64,000 nt of DNA from Lingula anatina (taxonomy: Eukaryota > Animalia > Brachiopoda): contig CM120645.1 in assembly GCA_051362555.1 (NCBI GenBank), forward strand, positions 20,708,001-20,772,000. The letters are read 5' to 3'. The position numbers were made by a program, and so were the translations under genes. Below, one piece after another: positions 25,986 through 41,561 of the stretch. Positions within the stretch are counted from its first letter, which is position 1. Every line of letters starts with the position of its first letter. A model generated the notes under the pieces. The model made no database searches and was not told where the DNA came from. It worked only from the letters and a program-made list of their open reading frames with translations.

Positions 25986-27886
25986 TCAGGTAAATGAATC
26001 AATATGAATTCCAAGTTGTCTTAAATTATGTTTTTGAATTCATGAACTTTAACTTAACAAAACACTAATAAAGAATTATGAAAAATGTTAATTAAAATAA
26101 CATCATATATTCATATTCATTTACTATGTAGGGGATCAGATATCTGGGAACTGAAAATAAAAAATGTTCTTATGGTTGACCCTTAATGTAAGAAGACTCC
26201 CTAGGAAACACTTGAAACACTTGACATTGTAAAAAGGAAATGCCATGGACTTGGGTTGACTTGCACAAAATAATTTAAGCTAAAATATTGGTTTTGCCTT
26301 TTAGATTACCCATGTTTTTATTATTCTTTTATTATCATTATAATGTCCCTAAAACCTTCTGAATGCAAAAATAACACACAAATTGAATCATAGTGCGCAC
26401 GTGCTTACTTTCACGTGCTCTTTTGGCATTCCAATTGCCATTTACAAATCAAACTTCTTCCAACCTAAGTCTAAACAATCAAATGAAAACATCTTCAAAA
26501 TATATAACAAGATCCAAGGCCATGGCATACATTTAGAAGTCTCCCAAAGCAAGACCTAACAAAGAGGTCTATCAATAGCGTCTGAAAAAAAAGCGATGTT
26601 GTTTCTGGCATTGGTTTCTTGGTCGTTTATGAAAAACACAAGTCAGCAATTTCAGGTATTTTTTTCGTGGTATATTTAGAAGCTTTCTTTTTCTGTGTTT
26701 CAATTACATCTGAGAGCGATCAGGCAGGTAATGCAAGTAACACGCCCTCAGCTGCAAGTGGGATTCCCCTTAACAATTTCAATGAATCGAATCTCATAAT
26801 TCATTACTATAATGGTCTGAATGTGATATGCACAGGTCACTGAAAATATCACAGCGATAAAATGGCAATTATGAGGTTAAGATTCAAAAATCCAATTTCC
26901 TGGAAATTGTCCATGAAAATGATTCCCTAAAAAAGATTCCGAGTTCACTTTTGTGAATTATTTCCTGTTTGAAACAGGGCCTCACTTTTTTTTTCAACGT
27001 TCATCTGAAATTACATCACACAGCAAAGAAGAAAAGGACAACACAAGCCCAAGGCATAGAAATGTTTATTTTTCATTCCCTCTTTTCCCTTTCACATTAC
27101 TTTCATGTTGGCTGCACACCCAAGAATTCACAGATAGAAAATGAGCTTCAAGGAATTATGGTAAAAAATGGCCCATGAATTGACATTTAAGATATGAAAA
27201 TTTCCTTTTTTGATCTTGGCTACTTCTTTCAAAAACAAACCGATGATTGGATAAGTGGCAAATAATCAAGTTCCATAACATTTTTGAAGATAAATTTATT
27301 TGGATCTGATTTCACTTCCTACTTACCAATTAAGTCATCAATATGAGAACGTTGCAATTTATTGGACAACTATGTTAAAAAGAAATGAAATGAAAATAAC
27401 CTAAAATATTTCTAACATTTCCAAGAAAAATATCAAAGGATGCATTTACCTAAGTCTGGATAGATTGCAATCAAATTGTCACCTACGCAGCATTAATACC
27501 AACATCTACTAGATGTGGCATAACAAGAAGCTGATCTGAAATTTTACTGCGTGGACACCCACTTGATTACAATTAAGTTAGACTGAAACAGTAGTAGCCA
27601 GGTGGTAAAGCACCCATGCTCTGATCGGAAAAATTGTATATGACTTCTATGGAAATTGGCCATTAATCAATTTAATGGTCTATAGACAATCGAGGTCTAT
27701 TAATGAACTTTAAGATCTATAAATGAACTTTCAAGAGTCTTACCGAGAGATAAATCTGGATACAGTTCTACCAGAATGCAGACAGAAACTGACAGGATAG
27801 AGATTGATGAAAGGTGTTACTTACATGAACCATAGTCTTGATGAGTGGGTTAGATCTATTCATAGGTGTAATGTATGTATACCTAC

Positions 27887-27889
<3 letters not shown>

Positions 27890-27921
<32 letters not shown>

Positions 27922-27981
27922 TGCGCGCTTATGGATATGTACATGTGCATGTGTATGTTTTGGCATATTTGTGTCTGTTTG

Positions 27982-28030
<49 letters not shown>
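27890..28030. repeat. (TG)n compound microsatellite
   Basis: Directly visible. Confidence 0.95.
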
Positions 28031-29478
28031 CTGCATGTGCATGAACACACGTGCATAGGCCTGTGTTTTCCCATGTACACATATACATGAGAGAGTATTA
28101 GCATTTGTATTTGTGTGCATTTGTGTGTGCACTCATGTGTGCTCTCTCTGAACAAAAAAAGGGGATGAGGGGAAAGAAAGGAAGCATTCTAATTACAAAA
28201 CTGCTGGTCATCCAATGTATCCAAGATATGTAACAGATAAATTCTACTCTAGATTATGGAACAAAATGGAAAGAAGTCTCAAACAAGTAAAACATTCTTG
28301 TTTATCGATAATACTTATATTTATAAACATCAAACTGTCAGGAGGCAGCATTATTTTTAATTCCATCACCCGTAACAGCTGTTAGGCGAGAAAATAAAAA
28401 GTGCTTTGTTAGGATCAGAAATAAAGAAAGGTTCATGATGACTGAAAGCAATATGTTATTCTTATAGTTATTTTTGATGAAACAAACAATCGTTTTGTTA
28501 TGCAAGCTGAAGCAGACAATGCAAACTGTGTTTTAACAATAGTTTTTGCAGCTAAATGGAACTATACATAGGACATTTGTTCTAAGGATAACCAAACAGC
28601 ATGCCAAATCAAAATTCTCTCTTGGCAGGTTTTGAAGGTCAAATAGAAAAGCAGTTCTTTCCTCTTTGATTTTAATAGAAAAAAAAACGATTGTGCTTGA
28701 ACTCTACCTCAAAACAAATACCTAAAATAATGGCCCTCACATGACAAAATTGGCACTTCACAGGGGAAAGAAAAAAAATCAGAATTCCATCAAGAGTTAT
28801 TCTTGTCAAGTAGATCCAAGAATGATATAATGAGTCCTTAAACATTATTTTTTTTCATTAAAACGTTTTCCAGCTGATGACTTTGGCGAGGTTTCAATGA
28901 GCTGCAGTCATAATTGGCCACCTGGAAAATGACACAAATGGCTCGGTTCATTCTCCCACCATAAAACAATTTTGAAGGTGCTTTTACCTAACAAAACTGG
29001 CATATCACTTAAGCAACCTACTAAACCTCCAGCTAGGCAAACATATTCTTAGGACAGGGTACATCATTCAAGCAAAGCTGTTAAACGATGCAAATATAAT
29101 CTCCCGGAGTTAGAGTAATGGTGATTATCAATCTCGTTCCTTTTTTTTCCCATCAGCACATACACCACCAACTGCTAAATACATAAATATGGATAGAAAA
29201 CAAAAACTGCAATAAAATATACATAGCAATAACAAGGAAAGTGAATATGATCATTCTTTAAATTAATATCGAATGGCCATTTTTCACAATGAATTATATT
29301 CAGGTTACAACACTGTATTTTTCTGGCTGAAGCAGTCAATTTGTTTAAGCATGTTTTTACTGTAATTGGTTCTACCATCTAAAATATATAATAGCAAAAA
29401 AAAAAAAAAAAAAACATTCAACTGCTTTTCCAAAGAGGAAAATATGAAATTCCTCAAAGAGATTCTGGTACTACCATA

Positions 29479-29693
29479 CACCCCATTTCCAGAGATTAGA
29501 TCGATCTACTTTAGATCGATCTAACTCCCTGGGGGTTCACGCTAAATAGCTGTCAGCCGGGTGGACACGAAAGTTAATTACACCCTTACAGCTTGTAGTT
29601 GGCGGGACGGACATTTAAGCCGGATTATCTGACAGTAATCTAGTGAGACTCCCCGCGGGGATAGATCGATCTAAAATCTATGGGAATAGAGCC
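29479..29693 (+). mobile_element. MITE family A, copy 4
   Basis: Homologous core; TSD ATA at 29476-29478 and 29694-29696. Confidence 0.88.
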
Positions 29694-29858
29694 ATAGACA
29701 GTATCCTCATCATATTGTGTAGAACAGATCTTAATTAATCAGCCTCCTAAATCTGAGAAAAAAAATGACCTAAAGACCCAGACTTGACAGAACTTGGCAG
29801 AAAAGAGGAAAATTACAGCCATGACTTATAGACTCACTTAAGTGCTTCAGGTCAAAAT

Positions 29859-29859
<1 letters not shown>

Positions 29860-29915
<56 letters not shown>

Positions 29916-29920
29916 AGAGA
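29860..29920. repeat. (GA)n microsatellite
   Basis: Directly visible. Confidence 0.95.
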
Positions 29921-32900
29921 AAGAGACTGAATTTTGAATAGATATATACATGATAATTTATGTCATGCTAACCATTAGGATCTCCATCAAAATCTATACA
30001 CATCCGTCTCTTTCAATTTTCTTCATCACAACTGATAAGCAAGTTTTTTTTTCAGGTGGGAGATATGCTACCATCTATTACATTTAAGTGGATGTGATTG
30101 AAACTTCAACACTTCCTCTGGTTACGTACATTTTCATTTTCTTGCCAAATTAACCCAGTATTTTACGTTACCATGCTATCACTCAAGGTCAAATCACTTT
30201 ACACTTTCCCTGAAAAATGACTAGAAAGCATCAAAAACAATTAACTGATGTATCTATTTCTCTTCTGCTTGAAGAACAAAATTCAAGACAATTTGAGGAG
30301 AGATCCTTTAACTTGTTTAAAATACACATTTCCAATACCTGCAGTCATAACTCAGACCACACCTACAAATACACATAAAAATACTCTTATTAATTTTTAA
30401 ACCTGCAAAGGTAACAAATCACTCAATTCAGAGATCTCAAAATAAATTGATTTATCAATTGTAATACACATAAAAATAGCATCACCGAGGTTAACTTTCA
30501 GTTTCATGTTGCTGGCATATATGTGTATGTGCATGCATGTATATGCATGTGCAGACATGTGCCTGTATCCTCTCAGTATGTATCCTCTCACTATGTAGGG
30601 ACTTAAATCTGAATTAAAAGAACAAATATAACATCACAAGGTCCACAGGGCAGGTATTATTACAGTAACATCTATTTCTCTCCACCAACCAATTACGACT
30701 ATTTACAATTTGACGTGCACAGACATTTCAATAAAGATTAGGGTGTACCTAGACATCACTAAAAGAGATACCTGACTCGTTCTAAAATTTACCGTGACAG
30801 GTGTCACTGTTAATGCATTAACTCACAGTCAAATTTATAATAGAATTACACAGTTTGGGGCACTAAGCATAAGGCATTATTTGGAGATGTAAAAAGAGTT
30901 ATACCATGTTCTATTTTTAGGTCATGGGTTCAACTCTTAAAAAGCAAAGAGGTCTTCAGCTTGAGTGTTTCCTAAAGGGTTTTGGGTTGTTACAAAACAA
31001 TGTGGTACTAACTCCTTATATCAATCTAAAAAGAGAGAAATTCTATCAGGAAACAGACGGCACTTTGTTGCAAGAATGTATACGGTGTACCTTACTCTTT
31101 ACACAAAGTTTTTGCCATTTGATTTTGTTCCACAGAAAAAAAATGCCACATACATAAAAATCACAAACACACTTATGCACACAAGCTATTACAACACCAA
31201 TATATGCACGTGCATGCTTGGGAACACGCACACACATGAACACGCATACACACGAACACGCATACACAATGATAACCATTAGCATAACAGAAATAAAACA
31301 GTTATAAGAGAAATTGGAAAAAGAAATCTCCATCTCTATCTTGGTTATACAAAACTTTTAAGGTGTCACCACACACATACATACATCTGGTTACTATAGT
31401 CTTGGCTCTACCTGTAGGGGAGACCTCTCTGCCTACCTGGATAACACCTTGGCAGGTGGCAATTTATGCACAGCAATTAACACAAAGTTACCTTCTCGGA
31501 TGCAGTTAGGGAAGTGTATGCTTGGATTGGTTAGATTGCGCAATAAAACAGACCCACATGTCATATTGCTTTCTACCACAGTTTATTTGACAGATTGAGC
31601 CTAGCTGCCTATTCAGAGGTTTTAATTATTTGTTTACTACCTGTCACAATCATGGCTCCTGAATTATAAATGATCGGAATATACTTCCAAGGAGGACTAG
31701 AGAGTGTTTTTAGAGTGCAAAACTCCATCAAGGAAAAAAAAGCAAGCAAAAATTATTAGGAAACCCAGATGCTATGTTTATATGGTATCTGGCACGATTT
31801 TGGCTTGATCTGGAGGGGAACATTAAACCATCACAGTTATCCAATGGCAAGAACTGAAGTATATCAGTATTGCTACTGTGAAAGCCTTTATATTCTATCT
31901 GGTTTTCTTGTTAGGCATACACAAAATGCTGTTAATAAGTCATATCCAATGCTTTCTATATAAACAATATAACCTTGACGGAATCATGAAATTATTTTAC
32001 TTCTTCTGGTACAAAAGGAATCCAGGAGTTAACTACAGCAGTACATGCTTTTATGTTACCTACATTTCATTAAGGCACAATTGTAGTATTCCGTACCTTT
32101 GTGTAGGTTGCCAAGTTTGCAGCCCTCGAAATGTGTAGATCTCTTGCGAATCGTGTCACACCGCTAAAATAATGCGCTGCAATAGAAATCAATAGTCAAA
32201 AATGCACGAAGTTGTTAATTCAGATAAGTGCTCTTCACTGCCATGTTGATAATCTTACTCAACAGGCCATCGTTTCAATTGCATGTACCTGAAAAAGAGT
32301 GAACTCCCAAAATTAATTGGAAGAGCTATGAGTATAATCTTACATCTCAAACACAAGCTGAAAATATTTCTTTCCAAATAGCATTCTGAGGGAGTAATTT
32401 CCCACTGAACAGCTACTTGTCATGTTTGAGTCCATTTTAATGTGGGAAACAAAATAAACTTTGATGGTTGTCATTTTTGGAAAAAAGAGTGCATAGCACC
32501 AATCTTGATAAAATACAAATACCAGTGTGTAAAAGATGTTAAGTAAATTGCCTATAAAGAGATTAAATATCATTTAACCTAAGAAGAGTGGAAATGTCTT
32601 ACCTCATAGATAAAAACATGTTTATAGTTTCTCAATTTAGAAAAAATATCTTGTAGAAAGGAAATAATGTAAAACTTATTTTATCATAAGAATAATAGTA
32701 TATGTACAAAACATACATGTAAAATCAATTTTCTTAAAAATCAATGTTACATCGAAATAATTTCATCAACACATAAATTACAGAATTATATGAGTTATGG
32801 CATCAAAACTTTTAAAAGTTAAAAAGTACTTGCACTTGTTTCAAAAACTTGATAAAACGTTATTATCCTGATTCTACATGTAAACCATCAGTGCACCAAG

Positions 32901-34951
32901 GTTTCCGCCATTTTTTTATCTCTGAATTGAGTGAAATCAACTGAAAATTGATACAATTGAAACAATTCTGTTTAGTTTTTCACTAGTCACCTAATATCAA
33001 CAAAGGGGAATTGCTTTCCTCACAACCAACTGCCATTTGAGAAGCATTGCTCTCTTTCAATGCATTCTATACATAAACAATTTCTCCAGTAAATTAATCA
33101 ATTAATTAATATAAGCTTAAGGTGCATACCTATAACAAACTGTGACAGAAATGGCCTAGCTCCCTTCACTAAAGATCAGAAGACAATTGTAAAATGTCAG
33201 AAGAAGAAGTAATTCATTCTAAAATAATAATTATCTTTAGTAAAACATACTGTCTTAACTCTTATCACCTTTTTCTCCATTGTATATCTTTACTGTATGA
33301 AATTTGGCCAATTTTTTGGAGAGAGTTTTATAAATATATTATAATAAAACCAAAATGATTGGAAATAATTTATAATTCATGGTGTGATGCAATACTGTCA
33401 AACAGCTGCTCTTATATTCATTAAACTACCATGAAGAAACTTAAAGGGATAACAAATGTTCATTTTGGCCAAAAAATGAATTTTACTGGGGTAAAGAACA
33501 ATTTTCCCATAATAACCAATGGTTAATGAATCCATTTCTACATTCAAATTTAGTCCCTGTTTTTTTCTAGAAAGTTTGTTTTCTTGTTATTATCTCTTAA
33601 GAGATTATTACAGAGAATAGCCTTCTACAAAGGTCACATGGTCGGAAGACAAGCACAGATTTCAGAATAATTGCTTTAACTGCCATTTTTTGTGGTGAAA
33701 TAGAATAAATTAATATTATATTTCTACAAGTTGTTAACAATATTTTATTGTGAAATATAGATCTCATACAAAGAGTTCTTATCTCTTTAATTTGGAATGA
33801 ATAAAACTATGGCATATAAATTCTATTCACACACACTGAAGGCCAAGAATGGTTATTTAAAAAATTGGCAATTTCAGGGCCATTTTCAGAAATCATGGAA
33901 TTGGAAAATTCAGAATGTTTTTATACATTGGAACTGTGAAATTTGAAGTTTGACATTTTTGTAATGCATAAATTGAAGTAAATTATCTTACATTGCCCAA
34001 GGTTTCAATATTTAGTATAAGATCAAGCAAGTTTTTGTGGGATTGCAAGGATGATGCCTCAGCAATTTTTAAACTTCTTGCAAACTATTGCCACAAATTT
34101 TGGAAGAGGGAATTTTACCATGCAAATGAGATCTGTTTTAAATATGAAAGGATATGAAGACCTCTTGCAATGCTCTTGCAAATTTGCAGCAACATTTCTT
34201 CTTGCAAATTCCTGCAAACTTCTTGCCACCACTATATAGTTTGCAGTAAATTTGCAGAACGCTTTTTATTTTGTTAAGGGTGGAGTCGATATACATGTAA
34301 TGGCAGTCTAGAGAGTTTGTTGGTGCAATGAAATCTTGCTTGTTGTTTTTTCTCAAGTACCTTAGAATCATAGTCAGTTGCATCATGCTTTTGCGTGTCA
34401 CTTTGAAACTGACATTCTCGGCACATCAAGTTTCACCGTCAGTGCTGTAAAACTGAGCAAACCTCATGCTTATTCTAGCATGTTTTCTTTAGTTATATAT
34501 GATGACATGCAGTGTCAACAACCTTGGTTTAGTATTTCGATTGATTTCTACTGAGGCTTTTTTCAAAACTAGTTCACAGCTGTCTTTTGTCAATAAATAT
34601 TCTACTAATTTAGGCTTTTGGCATATTAGTTTACATGTAAACTCTGCACAATGCTGTACAGAAAATTACATGAGTATATACCATTCAAAGTATACACATT
34701 CAACATTTATTGGCCTCAATAGTCCCCAGCTTTTAATTATTATTGGAAGTTCAGGCAATAGCTGATCATTGTTCATCTCCCAGACATCTTTTAAAATTCT
34801 TTAAATATTTTCTTTAAGTATTCTGAAATGCAGGTACCTTAAAGCATCAAAATAAAAAAATCCCTCAATGTACTTTTCAAATTTAAATGCTGTCAAGTTG
34901 AATATATTTAAACTTAATCAATTTGCAAATGGCTTATGGTGTAAAACATTG

Positions 34952-35216
34952 AACTATAGAGGGCGCTCCAAGAGTGAACACTTCTGCCAAGGAAAAAAGA
35001 TGCTAATGAAAGAGAAATAACATATCTATTAGGAGACCTACATTCACAAATGAAGTTGTAATTACCTCTTTCTTTCATGAATAACACTATCCTGAAATTT
35101 TCATCAAAATTTGCCATTTGTGATGTCTTGTCCACTAACACTTGAAACACATGTAAACAAACAAACAAACAAACAAATGTCAAAGTAAAAATAAACTCCT
35201 TCCTTGGTGGAGGTAA
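34952..35216 (-). mobile_element. Short old HINE-like element (second family or relative)
   Basis: Subterminal IR ACTTCTGCCAAGG / CCTTGGTGGAGGT, (AAAC)n tract, CCTGAAATTTTCATCAAAAT. Confidence 0.65.
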
Positions 35217-35500
35217 CAATTTCTTACAGGTGTTCCACATGCATTTTGTTATTTTCCCCACTTTTTCCAAGAGGATCATTTTGATAAAATAATAAGACAA
35301 CACTGGTAAAAAATACACGGTGTTTTCAGTTGGAGTGGTCAGGGAGCCATACATTCTACCAGCAAATTGCTTACACTATTTGGCCACACAGGTAATAATT
35401 TCTTTCATGTTACATTTCTTGCCTGTTTCCGGTTAAGTAGAATACATACCTTGTAGGTTACGACACTATCATGATGCAACTTCATTAGGTAACAATCCAA

Positions 35501-35775
35501 GGGCTCGTTTCACAAGAGAACTTTAGCCCAAAATTGGTCTAAATTTTCAATCAAAATTTTACTCTACTTTGAACCAAGATAATCAGTGACACTCCAATAA
35601 AATGAAATGTTTTGTCTGCCTCATAACAACATTCCTTATGTATCAGAGGAGCACTTATTTTATTTCAGTGAACTACTACAATGATTTAACCTTGAACTGA
35701 AGCAGACTAAATTTCTGGTCTAAATGTTTAGACCAATTTTTGGGGGCTTAAGTCCTTCTGAGGAACATGCAGCCC
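35501..35775. mobile_element. Degraded foldback MITE (GGGC ends, possible CAA TSD)
   Basis: Left CTTTAGCCCAAAATTGGTCTAAA pairs with right TTTAGACCAATTTTTGGGGGCTTAAG; GGGC/GCCC termini flanked by CAA on both sides. Confidence 0.6.
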
Positions 35776-38566
35776 CAAGTTACTGGGTTAAAATCTTCAG
35801 GTAATCCAAATATTTAAGAAGAAGCGAAGCAAAGATGAAAGAAACTTGTGTCCTGAGTGTGACCTTTAACAACATCTTTGAGGTACAAAATGTTTATTTC
35901 TTATTTTTGTCAATTACTTTTGCCAGGTGTTTAGCCCTTAAAAGAGAGAAGTACTAAAAAAAGAAATAAAAGGAATCTCCCCAATATTGGCAATGGGACC
36001 ATTTTACATGAATATTCTCCTTTTGCTCCTGTTCTCTGTCAGAACCAGATGACAGTTGACGGCAACCAAGTACACAGCCTGTGGTAAGGCATTTGACTTT
36101 CCACTGAAACAGCATAACTGAATTGAAACTGAATGTGGAAATTGAAATATAAAATGTGCAAGTTGAAAGAGAATGTACAAGTTCAAATAGAAAGAGTGGG
36201 TTGAAATATAGAACAACAGACTTGGAACAGAGAGCAATAGTTGAAATAAAATTGAGTAGTTGGTTTATACATTATGTCCATTGATCTTTTGAAAGATAGG
36301 CATTCCATGAGTTCAAGACAATTAAATGTACTCATTCTTGAAAAGGAATTTGTGAACTAGTTTCAATGTAAAAACATTTCTTTTCAATAATTATGTTCCT
36401 CAGAAAAAAAAATTAATGGCAAAGATACAAGCAAGAATTGCTACTTATTTTCTGGACTGGAAGTTTTAAAAGGAAAACTACATATTATTCAGTCTTGCCC
36501 TTCACTCTTTCTCTTATCAGTCCTAGACTTGATTACTTACTATGAACCACCAAAAAAGTTTCCCAAAGTCAAAAATATTTACCAATTAGAATCCAAAAAG
36601 GAATTTGCAGGAGTAATGAAGCAAACAAGAATGAAAATAAGAAAAAACTTTAAAAGCTTCCTCAACTGATTGAAATGCTGCACATGATAACACATAAAAG
36701 AGAAATCAGATGGTAAAAACAGAGTTTGATTGACTTCAAAGTTACATTCCAGGCAGAAGATTCCCATCAACTGTCTGTAAAGCCCTTCAACTTTTCTGAT
36801 CAAAAGTTATGTCACATTTGCTGGCTGTCAACTAAAGGAACTTGCAGCAAATACCTTTGGATTCATGCAGTCATTTTATACAAATGCTGATTAATTGAAC
36901 TTTGACCAAATGCGTTTCTAGAAGATTTTTTCAGGTTTAGTCCTCATTGGTGAGTTTACCGTCTGGTACAGAGCATCAACTTGAAGTTTTTTGACATAAT
37001 CCAAATATGACAACGACCTTTTAATCTTAAAAATCTGGTATGTGGCCATTAAATTCAAGTTGTCATACTGACGTAATTCAAACGTTAAAACAATATGCCA
37101 TAATGTCAGAAATGCTGCTTTCTGGTATATGACTTCTGATAAACTGAATGTTATCAAGCTTAAATGCCCTCTGCAGCATTTATTGAAATCAAGTTTGCAC
37201 CTGCATAGCAACTCATTTTTAAAAAGAAAGAAGTCATTTCACGAAAAAAGCAGAAGCCAAAATAATTATATCCATTATCATATAAAATATCAGTATATGG
37301 AATTATTTATGAAATAATACTGTATAATGAACAGTGTAATTGCAACAGAGACAGTTGGATCCCCCAATTGCCTCCAATAGTGTAATTAAATGTTAGGACC
37401 AGTCAAAATGGTGAAAAACAGAATAAAGTATGATGTAAAAAGAACCTTAGAAGCCTCATACAGAAATACTTAACGCCACTGACACTTAACTGCCAATAAT
37501 ACAGATGATGCTATTCAATTTGAAGCATTAAAAACAAACCATGGAACTATTCTGTGCAATTGACAGTACAATTGCAACAAAGGTGAATGACGTTATTCAA
37601 TTTAAAGCATGATCAGACTTTTTAAAAAGCCAAATGCAGAATTATGCTGTGTGACTAACAGTTTGATTGCAAATGGTCTTTCTTCATTTGTAAAAGTTGC
37701 CGTGGTGAAAAATAGTTTTATGTAACGCTAATTGCTTGTGAGCAGTTCTTGGAATCTATACTTAGCTGAGACGAAAACGACAAATAAATCCGATGAACTG
37801 GATGTTTATGCTTATACAGGTTGCAAGAAAGATATTTCAAGAAAGATCTCCTCTGACAAGTACCTACACCTTCTTTGCTTAAATTAAAAAGAACTACATT
37901 TTTCCTAAAAAAGAATCTGCCTACAATTCGATGCCAAGATTGTTCTATGTTTATTAACAACTCTCACATAAAATAATTAATTAAAAAAATATATATATAA
38001 AGTCATTTCACTAAAATCCCATGAAGCTTGGAAACCACTGAGTGTGTGTATACAAATATACAAGCAGGAAAGAAAGTATTAACTTAAATCTCCTCACCTC
38101 ACAGCGTACCAGATTAACAGTATTATTTTCTCTACTTAAAATGTGAACATTTCCTGGGTTTCTCAGAACATTTGCCATTCCCTAGTTAGAGTAGATTGAA
38201 CTTGTTCAACAAACATCCTTAACATGTGTCCACATTTGACATCAATTATCTTTACAGATTATTAAGGTGTAAAGGTATATTTTAAGGCTCTTTGAAAGAA
38301 ATAACCTATGTTATAAATGATATCAAGTATTAAAAACCCACCACTCTGTTGACACACACATCTCACAATTATCAGTCCTGAATACAGACTACTGTCTGCA
38401 TAGTGAAATTTATCTAAAAATAAATACACTAAATATCAACTTATATCATTATTCTTATGCAACTGTTTAGTCATAGCCTATATAAAAATGAGCTAGAACT
38501 ACTAAAATTATAATAATAATTATTATCAATATTAATATTGTTATTAACCTTACCCCCTTCTTTTCC

Positions 38567-38568
<2 letters not shown>

Positions 38569-38636
<68 letters not shown>
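38569..38636. repeat. (CT)n microsatellite
   Basis: Directly visible. Confidence 0.97.
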
Positions 38637-38638
<2 letters not shown>

Positions 38639-39918
38639 AGGGCTATCCTAAATTAACTGCAACAGGTTACAGTCCAAGTTACATTATATTACTTTGCCCT
38701 CCCATGCTAAACATCTGCCTTTCTAACATTATATTCCATAGGTGAAAATATTCTAAATCCAGTATAAGCTGCACATAGTATAGAAGCACTTAAGTGCTAT
38801 TTAAGTACCCCTCCCCACACACAAACATATACACACATGCATTCATACAAGATCACATGCAAAGGGATACACACCGCGACAAACACGCACTCTTCATGCA
38901 CTTATGAACACACATGCACATACACATAAACATGAGCACATACACACATGCACATAAAAACACACATACATACATTCAGACCAGAACACAAACACACGTG
39001 CATAGACAAAAACACAAAGGCAAAGACAAACATGCACAAAGACAGATAAACGCACAGACTGAGGCATGTAAGCAGAGAGATGGACAAAAGGGCAGATGGA
39101 CAGGAGGACACACCACTCTTTTCAACAGTAATCTGCCCACAAAAACCATATTCAAACACCCTTGATTGATTCCAATGAAGACATTGATCAAAACTGACAG
39201 TGTCCAAACACTGACAAGACAGCAAAGCTTATAACTGGATTAACCGGTGTAATCAAACTTGCAAAATAGTACCATCTCCTACTTGCGAGAACATAAATAT
39301 AGAACTTACAGGTAAAAACAAGTTGGGTTGAGAGGGATAAGAGCACTTCCAGTAAGCCAAATAGGCAGACAAGCTCTGATTGGCATATTCTGAATGTTAA
39401 TCTTTTTCAGAGGAAAATGGAATCCGAAACATGTCAGTGCTTAGGAATATGAAAGGAAAAAGATAAGCACAACCTCTACATTTGTTTGCACTTCTGACTC
39501 TTGGAAGTCCATGTTTTCTTGACCGCTTCAGCTGCAGAATATGTATGGATCGTCTGAAATGCATTTCTAGAATTTTGCTTTATTATGAAGGTCATTTGTA
39601 TAAATGCACAATCTTTTTTAAGAACAGATGTTAAACTGCATCCCTGAACATCACGTGTCATAAAAGATGTTGATTACTTTATTCTTTCATTCAGAAACAC
39701 CGATGTAGTTCTTAACATCATACATATTCAAACTAGATAAATCAGCCAAAATGCAGAATGTTTCAAATTGCATTTCATTGTTTTAGTTCTAATTCATTAA
39801 ATCATATGTTTCTCCATCAATTAGCACAGGTGACAGTCTGCCAAATGATCTTCACCCCAAAAATCTATCTAAACTTTTAAAACCTCCAGTTTTATCAGCT
39901 CAAGATAAAATACACGGT

Positions 39919-40107
39919 CAGGGGTGGATTTAGGCCGGAAGACGGTCAGATTTTTAAGTTTATATTGACGGGTATCTAATATTTTCTGTCGGAAGACGGT
40001 CAAAAATTGAAGACGAATTAAAACAAAGATAATTTGGAAGTTAATTTGGAAATTAAAACAAAGATAATTTGGAAGACTGTAAGAAAATATCTCTGGATCC
40101 GCCCCTG
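39919..40107 (+). mobile_element. MITE family C (CAGGGGCGGAT-type TIR), copy 1
   Basis: CAGGGGTGGATT...GGATCCGCCCCTG; internal GAAGACGGTCA and AACAAAGATAATTTGGAAG shared with three other copies; no clear TSD. Confidence 0.82.
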
Positions 40108-41398
40108 GATCAATAAACATTGGTCTAAAACAGAAGCCATCTTTGTTTTTATAACACAGGTGCTATGGTTTGTGAATCTGGACTACCGCTTATTTATCAC
40201 AAGTATTTAAGTAGACTAAACTCTTTTGGTTAAAACTTGGGCTAAATTAATTTTGTAAAAGCCGGTCCTAAATGCTAAAAAAAGATCAACTTGATTGCGT
40301 TAAGTTGAGACATGATTTTTATTAAGAAATGTGTCAGGTGAGATTTTTCTCATCTTTTCGTGAAATCACTCAGATCACAAATGGTTTAATTGAAAACCAG
40401 TGCTGAAGAGAAAAAAAAAAGTTGACAAAGATATTAAGCCTCCTTTCGCTGAATAAGGGGGCAAACTTACCATTAACATTAAAGGAAACTACTGCTAAGA
40501 GCAAAGCAATCAAATTTTCATTCCGAGTGTGAAATTGCAGAGCCGAGTGAAAAATGGCACTAAAACTTCACCCAGTCTGACCTTTCAGGTCTGATCCAAT
40601 AAAATGACAACACATTATTCAATCAGTCTGATAAAATTACTTTTATGTGGTTGAATTATCAAAATTAATGGCCTAAAGGAGACCTTTGCAAACAGAGCTC
40701 ATTTTTTAATACATCGATTAACACAAGGAGGTCAGATCTGCAAGAAACCTGATGACAATCTTTCCTTCTAAAAATGGCAACAAAAATTTTTTAACCTGTG
40801 AAGTTACTACTTGCAAGGTGGCATAACAAATATTTTTAATCACTAATTTCATGGAAGAATGTCTATTTTTTGTGTGACATTATGACTGGACATAAAGATG
40901 TTAATTATTAACACCGATTCTATTGGAGAATCATAAGATATAAATGAGATATGAGAAATATGTATGTACCTGGTAATATACACGTATAACATTACAAAGA
41001 GGATCAGCATCCAATATCAGGCATCAGGTTTTAATCATCAGCCAAAAAAAGTAGGGCATTTGCCCACTTGTAACATTAAATTGAAACCCTTGCAAGATCG
41101 TCATTGGAGAGGTTTTGCATGTGTTCATAAGATGAGGCAGTCCTTTTAAAACAATAAAGGCTGCCAATTGCTGACAACACTCAGTAGTTACTGTATAATT
41201 TACAATTGATTCCTTGTTGTATATCACCAGTGTATGTATATATAACTGCTTAAAATGCGTTATTAACTGCCAGAGACCTAAATGCCATATTCAATATCAG
41301 CAAAAACGTTGAATTTTGTTTGCTGATGCTCTTACAGATTGGTATTGTTTGTGTTCTTCTTTTATTTGTCTATTACTTTAATTTTAATTTTCCTTGTA

Positions 41399-41561
41399 CA
41401 GGGGCAGATTTAGGCCATCTTCTGGGTCTTCCAGAAGACGGTCAGATTTTCAAGTTTATATTGACAGCTAATTTTTTCTGTTGGAAGACAGTCAAAATTG
41501 GAGGAAGGATCAACAAAGATAATTTGGAAGATGTCAGAAAATAGCTCTGGATCCGCCCCTG
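41399..41561 (+). mobile_element. MITE family C, copy 2
   Basis: Homologous; flanks TTGTA/CTGTA (4/5 match). Confidence 0.85.

Noticed and set aside
27768-28155. Cys/Val- and His/Thr-rich ORFs (similar ones at 38902-39225 and 48821-49148)
   Set aside because: Translations of (TG/CA)n microsatellites.
34020-34281. TTGCA-rich stretch resembling the end of a DNA transposon
   Set aside because: No partner terminus, TSD or second copy found in the window.
34914-35354. Longest ORF in the window (146 aa)
   Set aside because: It runs across a degraded HINE-like repeat and an (AAAC)n tract, with no protein-like features.
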